Source: Nitrospirales bacterium
Lineage (GTDB): Bacteria > Nitrospirota > Nitrospiria > Nitrospirales > UBA8639
Direction of reading: 5' to 3'
Length of the DNA: 64,000 nucleotides
Assembly: GCA_963422365.1 (NCBI GenBank)
Contig: OY729426.1
Span: 2,400,001 to 2,464,000 of the forward strand
A model generated the notes under the pieces. The model did no database searches, was not told the origin of the DNA, and saw nothing but the letters and a program-made list of their open reading frames with translations. Numbering within the stretch: position 1 is the stretch's first letter; each line of letters starts with the position of its first letter. A program made the position numbers and the translations under genes. Positions 9,380 through 17,788 of this stretch are shown one piece after another.

Positions 9380-10369
9380 TTAATTCTCTCCTGGTTTGAT
9401 TCCCTGAACAATTGCCCGTGATTCCAGTTCTACGACAGATTCAAAGCCAGCCTGCGTCATCCAATCCATGACTTCTTGAGTCGTGAAACACTCCCCTTGT
9501 TCCGTATTGACCAGAATATGCACAGCAAACGCCGTGGTCCAAGCAGGACTCGTTCGGTCCGGGTCCAAAAACCGATCCTTTATCACCAACCGACCCGTTT
9601 CCGTGAGATGAGCAAATACTTTGTTCACCAACCCTGCATTGGTTTGAGAATTTTGGTAATGGAGAACGTCAGACAAGAACACCAGATCATAGAGGCCACC
9701 CAATGAATCCGTATTGAAATTTCCTGGCATTAGGGCAATACGGTCTTCCAGCCCGGCTTCCTTAATAGACCGTTCAGTCACCTGGAGGGTTGAAGGGAGA
9801 TCAAACACTGTGGCGTTGAGATGGGGATATTCCCGACAAAATGCAATCGCATTTGTCCCGGCTCCCCCTCCAACATCAAGCACACGTTCAACTCCATCCA
9901 GTTGCAAAAACTTCGCGAGGTTGACTCCACTCCCTCGGCCAATCCGATCCAACACCGCCAACACGTTGGCGGCCATTTCCGGGTCGGTTTCAAATACATG
10001 CTGACGGACCGGAGAAAGACCGGTTCGGATGGTATCTTCCAAGTTTCCCCAGTTCATCCATTCCGAATCGTGAAGAACCAGAAGGTGCCCGACGTAGTCA
10101 GGACTCGTTTTCACCAGATGTTTCCGGACGACTCTGGTATTAGAAAACTTCCCATCCTGTTTCGTTAAGATCCGCATCGCAACCAACGCATGTAATACGA
10201 GGCCCAACGCCCGTTCATCGAGAGATAATCGATGGGCTAAGTCAGAGAGAGCGTCAGCGTGACCATCTAAGGCTGAAAAAAGATCCAGCTTGATCGCCGT
10301 GAGGAGAATTTTCGTCTCCCAGTAGTACCCGATCTGAAATATTTCTGCGAGAGAGAGAGCCCGAGGCAC
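9380..10369 (-). CDS. SAM-dependent O-methyltransferase (dimerisation + Methyltransf_2 domains)
   Basis: VLDVGGGAG, VFDLP, LSDVLH; probable GTG start at 10369 (track start 10408). Confidence 0.88.
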   Translation of the reverse strand: MPRALSLAEIFQIGYYWETKILLTAIKLDLFSALDGHADALSDLAHRLSLDERALGLVLHALVAMRILTKQDGKFSNTRVVRKHLVKTSPDYVGHLLVLHDSEWMNWGNLEDTIRTGLSPVRQHVFETDPEMAANVLAVLDRIGRGSGVNLAKFLQLDGVERVLDVGGGAGTNAIAFCREYPHLNATVFDLPSTLQVTERSIKEAGLEDRIALMPGNFNTDSLGGLYDLVFLSDVLHYQNSQTNAGLVNKVFAHLTETGRLVIKDRFLDPDRTSPAWTTAFAVHILVNTEQGECFTTQEVMDWMTQAGFESVVELESRAIVQGIKPGEN

Positions 10370-10494
10370 AACATGTCCTTGAAATTTCGATGCGAGAAGC
10401 AAAAGCATGTCCCGGGCCGTACCACAGGACCGTTTGAATCTGTCGAGATATTAGCGGGCTAGAACTGACGAACGCAAGGGAAGAGGCCACGACA

Positions 10495-10532
10495 AAAAAC
10501 GGGCAGCAACGATGAGCCGCTGCTGCCCGTTT
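10495..10532 (-). terminator. Rho-independent terminator after 10560..11354
   Basis: AAACGGGCAGCA / TGCTGCCCGTTT stem followed by a T-run on the minus strand. Confidence 0.75.
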
Positions 10533-10559
10533 CATTTTCCCAAAAACGAAAGGAGTCTC

Positions 10560-11354
10560 TTACTGTTTAAACTTATTTTTCTTTTTGATGTCGAAGTTCG
10601 CTTCAGCGGTCGCGCCATCTTTGACTTCGACTTCCATCGTCACATTTCCAGCCACTGGATGCCAAGCTAAGACTTTGTGCTTGCCTGCGGGGACATCTGT
10701 AATTTCAAAAGACCCGTCGCCACCGGACATGCCAAAATGGGCATTGGTCACGGGCAAGAACCACGCTTGCATAAATTCATGCTGGTCACATTGTAACCGA
10801 AGGACGGAACCTTTTCTGGCCATACGCATCTTGATTTTCTTGTCAAGCCTGTCGCCCTTTTTCGCCAACCCAATATTGAACAGGGTCGAAGATTTGGCAC
10901 CAAGCACGTCAAAGCTATGGGGATTATGCAACACCCCTTCTTTAGACTTGGGATCATTGAGATCCGCATCGCCATTTTCCACGATAAAGTTCCCTTTGTT
11001 CACCAACACCCCGGTAAAGGGTAAGAACTCACACAGCTTAGCCATCACTTCCGGCGTAGACTTAAAGCCTTTGTCTTTAATGCCGCGAACCGATACGATT
11101 GCATTTTTAAGCCCTTTGTTCGCATCTACTTCGACTTCTTTCAACAAACGCGTATCATCCCCTTCTTGGCTGGGATTTTGTTTGCAGAAGGCTGGATTGG
11201 GAAATTTGGAAAAGGCAAATGTCTTGGGCGGAATTGGTTTGCCAGAATATATGACTTTGCCTTTAATCATTCCGCCGGCTTGGGCAATCAGTGGCATTGC
11301 ACACAGCAACCCACCAAGGAAGACAGACAAAGTAAGCGAGCGACGATTCATCAT
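10560..11354 (-). CDS. Secreted carboxypeptidase-regulatory-like domain protein with cupredoxin-type motif
   Basis: Signal peptide; LHNPH...CDQHEFM; C-terminal GSFEITDVPAGKHKVLAWHP. Confidence 0.8.
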   Translation of the reverse strand: MMNRRSLTLSVFLGGLLCAMPLIAQAGGMIKGKVIYSGKPIPPKTFAFSKFPNPAFCKQNPSQEGDDTRLLKEVEVDANKGLKNAIVSVRGIKDKGFKSTPEVMAKLCEFLPFTGVLVNKGNFIVENGDADLNDPKSKEGVLHNPHSFDVLGAKSSTLFNIGLAKKGDRLDKKIKMRMARKGSVLRLQCDQHEFMQAWFLPVTNAHFGMSGGDGSFEITDVPAGKHKVLAWHPVAGNVTMEVEVKDGATAEANFDIKKKNKFKQ

Positions 11355-11489
11355 GATATTCCTCCTAATCTTGAGAATAGTTTTTGTGCGAGTCAGGGAG
11401 AAAACATGACGTCTTTTAACTCCCTGGCCGCCTCAAATTCGTGCTGCAGGCGAGAAATGCCTCGATCTTCTTGAACGCAACCATTTCTG

Positions 11490-11518
11490 TTTATAGCAAC
11501 ATGACATGGGGGTGTCAA
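11490..11518 (-). promoter_or_regulatory. Sigma70 promoter TTGACA-17-TATAAA
   Basis: Near-consensus boxes at optimal spacing upstream of 10560..11354. Confidence 0.7.
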
Positions 11519-11558
11519 GTCTACCTCTCTCGGATCATATTTGTTGCGTTACGCTGCA

Positions 11559-13514
11559 TTAGCGGGCCTTGAAGTCTGACGTGTCATCGCTCGTCGAGAA
11601 GGGGTTCTGTACCTCCGTCAGTGCGATGAACACTTCTTGGAAACGGTCTGGCAACTCATCAGCCCGTGCAATAGGGCTAGAGCATAATCTCTCGGTGCAC
11701 ACGTACGCCAACGGGCCGGACACCTTCGGAAACGTGACCTCGCCGAGCGCAAGAGAATCGACGCGGGGATCCAGAAACCGGACTATTTTCCCGGGAACAT
11801 AGAACGCTAAGCTTTGGAGAAACAGGGATTGGGCTTCAACAGTAGATTTTTCACCCACGACCACAATATGAACGGGATATTGCAGGAACCGATTGATGGC
11901 ACGACCGGTTTGGGCTATTGGCAACGGACCGGCCCGACCCACGAGAAATTGAAGAACATTGCGGGCTTTGTCCCGATACAGCATGTTCCGGGTGAGGTAA
12001 AACAAGTCGGAAAAAACCATGGACAGTGCGGCATTCACCTCAAGGTCTTTATGAGGAAATTTCAGTAATCCCAAAGAGCCCTCCCCCGACATCCGATCAA
12101 AAAACCCCCATGCCTGTGGATCTTCAAGCAGGTGGACGGCGTCATCCACGACTGTCTTTGCCTGTTCCAGATAGAGGGATGCACCGGTGGTCAAAAAGGC
12201 TTCGAGCAAGGCTTCCGCAAAGAAGACCTGGTCCGCGAGTAACCCGAATCCCTGCGGGTGACCCTTCTGAGCCAGATGCGCCAAGCCACGCCCAGGTTGA
12301 TAGCGTTCTTTGTACAGCCGCTGAAGCGTTTTAAGGGCAAACTCCCGCGCCTGAGAATTTCCTATGGCTTGATCGACCTTGAGATACGCCGTGGCCATTA
12401 ACCCGTTCCAATCGGTCAAGATCGTCCGGTCAATAGAGGGGATGCCAATGGCCAGCCGCTCTGCTTCGTTCAGAGCAAAAAACGTGTCTCCCGCAATGGC
12501 GGTACCGGAACCAAGGACCTTTCGAACATCCGCATCCTGACTGGCGTAAAAGCCTCCATGCTCTCGATCCGAAAGAAACCGCATCACGTACTGCATCGTC
12601 CCTTCAACGACCTTGCGATATTGGGCTAGACCGGTGAGTTGGTACGCCTCCAGATAATTGAGCAGATTGGATGCTTGACCTGGCAACATCTTTTCATAAT
12701 GCGGGTTTGACCAATCAGCCGCCCCGGCATACCGGAAAAATCCACCCCAGACCGGATCATAGAGTTTCAACTGTTGATCCAGCGTGAACAACGCCATCTG
12801 CTGAAACTCCGAATCGTGACGCCAAAAATGATGCGAAAAGGCCAACTCAATGGCCTCAGGTTCAAAAAATTTGGGGGCATCTCGAAACCCACCATGCACC
12901 TGGTCATACTGCTCCTTCATCGCGTCGAGAATTTGGCCGACCATCACGGGGTGGAGGGGACCACGAGGCTGTACACTTGCCCTTCTGGCGGTTTCCACCT
13001 TTTCCCACACGTTCGCTGCCTGTTGGATCACGTCTCGCTTATTTTCTCGATAAAAAGAAGCCGACACGCGCAAGGCTTCAAGCATTGCGTCCGGAGCTAA
13101 GACATTCGCTTGAAAGAGAATTTCTCCGGAAGGGAGCAGAACACTGGTGGTTGGCCACCCGCCATGTCTATACCGAGCCGCAATATCCGGACGCTGATCG
13201 GTTTCGACTCTGACAGGGATAAATTCGGCATTCAGCAGCTTGGCCACCGTGGGATCGACATACGTCGTCTCATCCATCACGTGGCAGGCATGACACCACA
13301 CGGCCGTCAGATCAAGCAGAATCAGCTTGTCTTCAGCTTGAGCACGATCAAACGCCTTGGCTCCCCAGCCTAACCATTGGATAGCCGATGAAGAGAGCAC
13401 GGATGTCTCACTCGCTGCTACGGGAGTGGGCAGCACGGCAATCATGCACACACACAGGAGGTGACGAATGACTTGGGGCACATGAAGACGGCAAACCGGA
13501 GAAGGATGCATCAC
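11559..13514 (-). CDS. YyaL/SPATA20-like thioredoxin-domain protein (DUF255)
   Basis: WCHACHVMD, GGWPT, GGFFRY, PHYEKML, GGFYASQDAD. Confidence 0.9.
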   Translation of the reverse strand: MMHPSPVCRLHVPQVIRHLLCVCMIAVLPTPVAASETSVLSSSAIQWLGWGAKAFDRAQAEDKLILLDLTAVWCHACHVMDETTYVDPTVAKLLNAEFIPVRVETDQRPDIAARYRHGGWPTTSVLLPSGEILFQANVLAPDAMLEALRVSASFYRENKRDVIQQAANVWEKVETARRASVQPRGPLHPVMVGQILDAMKEQYDQVHGGFRDAPKFFEPEAIELAFSHHFWRHDSEFQQMALFTLDQQLKLYDPVWGGFFRYAGAADWSNPHYEKMLPGQASNLLNYLEAYQLTGLAQYRKVVEGTMQYVMRFLSDREHGGFYASQDADVRKVLGSGTAIAGDTFFALNEAERLAIGIPSIDRTILTDWNGLMATAYLKVDQAIGNSQAREFALKTLQRLYKERYQPGRGLAHLAQKGHPQGFGLLADQVFFAEALLEAFLTTGASLYLEQAKTVVDDAVHLLEDPQAWGFFDRMSGEGSLGLLKFPHKDLEVNAALSMVFSDLFYLTRNMLYRDKARNVLQFLVGRAGPLPIAQTGRAINRFLQYPVHIVVVGEKSTVEAQSLFLQSLAFYVPGKIVRFLDPRVDSLALGEVTFPKVSGPLAYVCTERLCSSPIARADELPDRFQEVFIALTEVQNPFSTSDDTSDFKAR

Positions 13515-13553
13515 CCGACTATTCTATACCAACGACGTTGATAATGTCTCATA

Positions 13554-13605
13554 CTGGATTTCTGTTTTTCACGGGAATGACGTTATGTCGTCCTGGATTC
13601 CCGCC
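13554..13605. repeat. Degenerate REP-like element (CTGGATT...CGGGAATGAC) plus a partial second copy
   Basis: CTGGATTTCTGTTTTTCACGGGAATGAC followed by CTGGATTCCCGCC in an intergenic region. Confidence 0.35.
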
Positions 13606-13770
13606 CCAGATCCCCATTATCAGGGCACGGGCCAAGGAGACGCCTTATGGCACTTTCTTCTCCTTCTTTTGTAGCAGCGGGATCTCATCCCGCCCTCTTC
13701 TTGGCCGCATGAAATGCGGCCCTGCAACTTCAGGAGGTTGGAAGTGCAAACGGTTTCTGAACTCATATCT

Positions 13771-15138
13771 TCAGGCTTCAGGTGGAAAGAAGAGGATACG
13801 CGCAACAGCTCCTGCTGCAGTGGCCCGTACGGATTCGTTCGAATCTTTCAGGAGATTTTTGAGATGGGGGATCATCTCTCGTCCACCCACTCTGCCCAAT
13901 GATCTGGCTGCTGAAATTCGAGGTGTTGGCACGGGGTCATTGAGCAGGAGGAGTAAGGGACCCATAACGTCACGGGCTCGCCCATGCCCCAACGCTTTCG
14001 CCACAGAGGAACGCAGGCCTGGATTTTGTTGCCCCATTAAATCCCGCACGGTTCCGACCACGACACGAAAGGGGCTCTGCAATTGAAGTAATCCTGCGAC
14101 TGCTGCCGCCCGCACGCCCCTATTGCGATCATGCAAGGTCCGCGTTAATGAAGAAACCGACTCTTCGGCCTTAAGCTTCCCTAACGTCACGGCAGCCACG
14201 CTTCGAACGGCTGGGACAGGGTCAGAGAGTGCGTCGAGCAAGAAGGGGGCGCCTTCGAGCAGACCGAGCTTTCCCAGCGAGGCTGCCGCCGCCGCGCGAA
14301 TCGATGGCTGTTGATCTCGAAGGCCTTGCTTGAGAAGCGGCAACCCTTTGGGATCCCCCATGTCGCCAAGCATCCGCAACGCTGCCCCTCGTTCATACCC
14401 CTCTGGCACATTGGTGGCCTGTTCCACCGTGTGCCAGTGTTCTTTTTGACCGAGTCGATATAATGCCGCTGCCGCCGCAACCCGCACGACTCCTTGCTCA
14501 TCCTGTAGCAAAGGGGTGATAAGAGGAATGGACGCAGAGTCTCCGAACCAACCAAGGGCTTGTAAGACCGTCACCTTGACTAACCCCGCTTGATCATTGA
14601 GCGCGCCACGAAAGGTTTCCGATTGGGCGACAATCGGAAACTTTCCCATGCCCTCGGCGACCAACACCCGAATCATGCCTGACCTGTCGCTGAGCCCATC
14701 CTGAAAGTATGAGACAACTTTGTCCGAAGGAATCTCTTTTAACGCTGAATAAGCCGCCCCTCTCACCTGCTCACGCATATCCGACCGAAGGGGGAGAATA
14801 CTGTGGACGGCGAGCTCTCGAAAAAGCAATTCATCCTCCCTGCCCGTAGCCTCTACGAATTGATGATAGGCATCGATGCCCTCAGTGGTTTTCCCAAGAC
14901 GCACCAAACTCAGCATGTTGAACCGGGAAGAAACTCGGAGAAATTGTGCATCGCCAAGGAGGGGCTCAACGAGTTCTATGGTTCTCTGGAAATCACCTTG
15001 CTCAAACGCCTGTTTGGCAAGGCTGACGATCTGCTCACGAGACGTATCGGCTTTCCCTGTACCCGTTCCACCCATCAACAAAACACTACAGGCAACACCC
15101 GCGAACACCGCTCTCCATTTCCACATCGTCACCATCAC
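13771..15138 (-). CDS. Exported HEAT-repeat protein
   Basis: Repeated L.D....VR..AA..LG units; signal peptide. Confidence 0.88.
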   Translation of the reverse strand: MMVTMWKWRAVFAGVACSVLLMGGTGTGKADTSREQIVSLAKQAFEQGDFQRTIELVEPLLGDAQFLRVSSRFNMLSLVRLGKTTEGIDAYHQFVEATGREDELLFRELAVHSILPLRSDMREQVRGAAYSALKEIPSDKVVSYFQDGLSDRSGMIRVLVAEGMGKFPIVAQSETFRGALNDQAGLVKVTVLQALGWFGDSASIPLITPLLQDEQGVVRVAAAAALYRLGQKEHWHTVEQATNVPEGYERGAALRMLGDMGDPKGLPLLKQGLRDQQPSIRAAAAASLGKLGLLEGAPFLLDALSDPVPAVRSVAAVTLGKLKAEESVSSLTRTLHDRNRGVRAAAVAGLLQLQSPFRVVVGTVRDLMGQQNPGLRSSVAKALGHGRARDVMGPLLLLLNDPVPTPRISAARSLGRVGGREMIPHLKNLLKDSNESVRATAAGAVARILFFPPEA

Positions 15139-15798
15139 TTATCCCTCATCGACCTGCTTTTCGGTCGCTTGAAATTTTCGATACCCTAACGGGGTTTCAA
15201 AATAATACTCCGGTTGTCTCAAGAGAACGACTCGACCATATTCTACCGACCAATCTCGATCTTGACTCACTAATTTTAACAACAACTGTCGCGATTCATC
15301 GACCCACTTATAATAGGTCTCCCGACGGTCGTCACGAGCGACCACCACTTCATACAACGTGGCCTCCTGGTCGCCAACCATGGCATCGCCGATCCGAGAT
15401 CTGGACACCTCACCTTCCAACGTAACCGACAGGGGAAGAACAGAGTCTAAGGTCAACGGAACCTCCATCACGAGACGTCGTTGAGAAAGGATATACCACA
15501 CCTGCTGCCTATCCAGCCGGACAATCGTGACCATGGCATATCCCAAATCCGTTTTGATCCCTCCCCGGTGTTCAATCCGGTAGCGATGACCTTTCACAAA
15601 TAATTGAGCATGTGAGGTTTTTCCACCAGTGCGCCACGTCATACGGGCTGAAAATTCTAAATCCCGCAGTGTCTGAACACCTACACCGGAAGCCTGAACA
15701 TCGGAAAGGTAGAAAAGGCAACCGGATAACAAACACGCGAAAAAAGGAAGGAGCCGATACCACCCCGTTAGGGTTGTACGGAATACTCTGACAACCAT
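15139..15798 (-). CDS. Exported DUF4412/LolA-like protein
   Basis: Signal peptide; RYRIE, TIVRLD, FETPLGY pattern. Confidence 0.6.
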   Translation of the reverse strand: MVVRVFRTTLTGWYRLLPFFACLLSGCLFYLSDVQASGVGVQTLRDLEFSARMTWRTGGKTSHAQLFVKGHRYRIEHRGGIKTDLGYAMVTIVRLDRQQVWYILSQRRLVMEVPLTLDSVLPLSVTLEGEVSRSRIGDAMVGDQEATLYEVVVARDDRRETYYKWVDESRQLLLKLVSQDRDWSVEYGRVVLLRQPEYYFETPLGYRKFQATEKQVDEG

Positions 15799-15801
15799 AC
15801 G

Positions 15802-16716
15802 TTACTGACGCTCAAGAAGGGGCTCGATCGTGAATTCTCGACCCAACGCTGCAGGAGTAAATCGTGGAGGCGTTCGAACCGTGAGAGCCGTCTTTCGTCG
15901 TCCCGGCGAGGGCAACTGAAAATCGATTGTAAAGGTGACTCCTCGCTGAATGGTCACTTTCTTCTTCATGACCTGCTTAAGACCGGGATGCCACGCCCGC
16001 AGGTCATACGTCCCAGAGGGAATGTCTTCAATGGAAAACCGCCCGTTCTCGTCAGTCAGAACGTAGTACGGATTGTCCACGGCGATTGCCCAGCTTTCCA
16101 TATATGCATGAAACCCGCATTGCATGACAAACGTTCGGCGTTTTTTGCTCAACTGGAATTGTCGAACTAACGACTCTCCAGGTCTATGGTCATGGGCCGC
16201 ATGTAAATCGCCTCGCCGATGACGGTGGTTAAAGGAAAGAGGTGAATTAAACAGCACTCTGGTCCCCATTTCGGTCGAGGTCTCGTAGGCCTGAATATCA
16301 TGCATCACAGGATCCATATTCACCACTTCGACGCCATGCCCACTTCTCACAACAGTCGTAAAGGGCAGAAATCGACAATCCCGCGCTTCCACGCGTGGAA
16401 CGGAAAGCGAGAACGGTTTCCCTTCCTTGACCCCTTCTAATAAGACGACCACGTCCTTGACCTGCCCTTGCTCGTTCACAAGAAAATCTCGAAGGAGTCG
16501 CCAACCATGACCGTTGGATATACGTCCACAATATTCAGGGTCAGGGAAAATGACCAAATTATAGGCCTTCGGATCCGGCACCGATCCCGAAAGGGTGACC
16601 GTCCCTCGAACCGTTCCGCCATTGGCCATCTCGTTCACTTCATAGCCCCAGAGTGAGGACGCCGAGCTTGAGAGGATCAGGGACATGCCGGTTATCAGAA
16701 AAACCTTCATCAACAC
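15802..16716 (-). CDS. Secreted carboxypeptidase-regulatory-like domain protein with cupredoxin-type motif
   Basis: NMDPVMHDIQ...CGFHAYM; GRFSIEDIPSGTYDLRAWHP. Confidence 0.82.
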   Translation of the reverse strand: MLMKVFLITGMSLILSSSASSLWGYEVNEMANGGTVRGTVTLSGSVPDPKAYNLVIFPDPEYCGRISNGHGWRLLRDFLVNEQGQVKDVVVLLEGVKEGKPFSLSVPRVEARDCRFLPFTTVVRSGHGVEVVNMDPVMHDIQAYETSTEMGTRVLFNSPLSFNHRHRRGDLHAAHDHRPGESLVRQFQLSKKRRTFVMQCGFHAYMESWAIAVDNPYYVLTDENGRFSIEDIPSGTYDLRAWHPGLKQVMKKKVTIQRGVTFTIDFQLPSPGRRKTALTVRTPPRFTPAALGREFTIEPLLERQ

Positions 16717-16725
16717 TCCAGAGAA

Positions 16726-17643
16726 TTATGGCTTCTGCAGCCGTACCGATGGAATAATTTCCACTCCCTCTCCGAGCAACTCCAATCCAAAGTGTGGATT
16801 CTCCTGCATTTCATGCACGCTTCTTCGCCCTTTCACGGCTTCATACTGGAAGTTGTGTATGACCGTGCCATGGGGGGGGATGGTAACCTGCTGTTCCAAG
16901 TATTTTTTCATGCCGGGATGCCAGACGGTCAAAGTATACTCTCCCGGAGGCACATCAGTCAGTTCAAATAATCCATCTTTCTTTGTAATGGCATAATAGG
17001 GATTTTTGACAACCACGCCCCAAGAAAACATATAGGGATGGAACCCACATTGCATAACAAAAAGGTCTCGTCCCTTCCTAAGCTGAACCTTTTGAATCAT
17101 GGGCCTACCCGGTAAATGCTGATGACTGTGCAACATTCCCAATACCTTGTGAAAAGGATTCATGGGCAAGGGTCGATTAAACAACACCCTTGCTCCTCTC
17201 ACCCGGGCCGTTTCGTATCCTTGGATATCATGCTCAACGGGATCCATATTCACCACCGTAATTTCGTCTTGGTCGCGCAACACATTCACAAAAGGCGAGA
17301 AATCGCAGTCGAGGGCCTCGATCAGCACTTTGGGTAATCCAAACGGCTTCCCCTTTTCAATACCGGCAAGCATGACGACAGCATCTTTGAGGCTGCCATC
17401 CGGCCCAATAATGAAATCTTCCACAATACGCCATCCCGTCCCGGTGGAAATTCGTCCACAATACACCGCATCGGGAATCGTAACTAAATTAAAGGCCATG
17501 GGCCTCGGCATCTCCCCTGCTATCGTCACGTGACCACTGATGGTTCCCCCGTTCGTGACCGACATCTCCTCATAGGCCCATCCCGGTGAACCCTGCACGA
17601 GAAGCCAAAAGGCCAGACACAACATCCACATCCGCACTGCCAT
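16726..17643 (-). CDS. Secreted carboxypeptidase-regulatory-like domain protein with cupredoxin-type motif (tandem paralogue)
   Basis: NMDPVEHDIQ...CGFHPYM; shares YCGRIS.G.GWR with its neighbour. Confidence 0.82.
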   Translation of the reverse strand: MAVRMWMLCLAFWLLVQGSPGWAYEEMSVTNGGTISGHVTIAGEMPRPMAFNLVTIPDAVYCGRISTGTGWRIVEDFIIGPDGSLKDAVVMLAGIEKGKPFGLPKVLIEALDCDFSPFVNVLRDQDEITVVNMDPVEHDIQGYETARVRGARVLFNRPLPMNPFHKVLGMLHSHQHLPGRPMIQKVQLRKGRDLFVMQCGFHPYMFSWGVVVKNPYYAITKKDGLFELTDVPPGEYTLTVWHPGMKKYLEQQVTIPPHGTVIHNFQYEAVKGRRSVHEMQENPHFGLELLGEGVEIIPSVRLQKP

Positions 17644-17721
17644 GAATTCCTCCCTTTACCCTCGCTCAACGCCCCTCATTGGGGGCACGGAAAACCACTC
17701 TTTGCCGCTCACGACTCATAG

Positions 17722-17756
17722 AAAAAAAACGGGGAAGCCGACGACCGGCTTCCCCG
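17722..17756 (-). terminator. Rho-independent terminator after the multicopper oxidase
   Basis: CGGGGAAGCCG-acgac-CGGCTTCCCCG stem with T8 on the minus strand. Confidence 0.8.
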
Positions 17757-17788
17757 CCATTCCCATCCACGCCGTATCCAACCACTTT

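Noticed and set aside
13270..13300. CxxCH (WCHACH) haem c motif
   Set aside because: This is the standard thioredoxin-like WCHxCH motif of YyaL/DUF255 proteins
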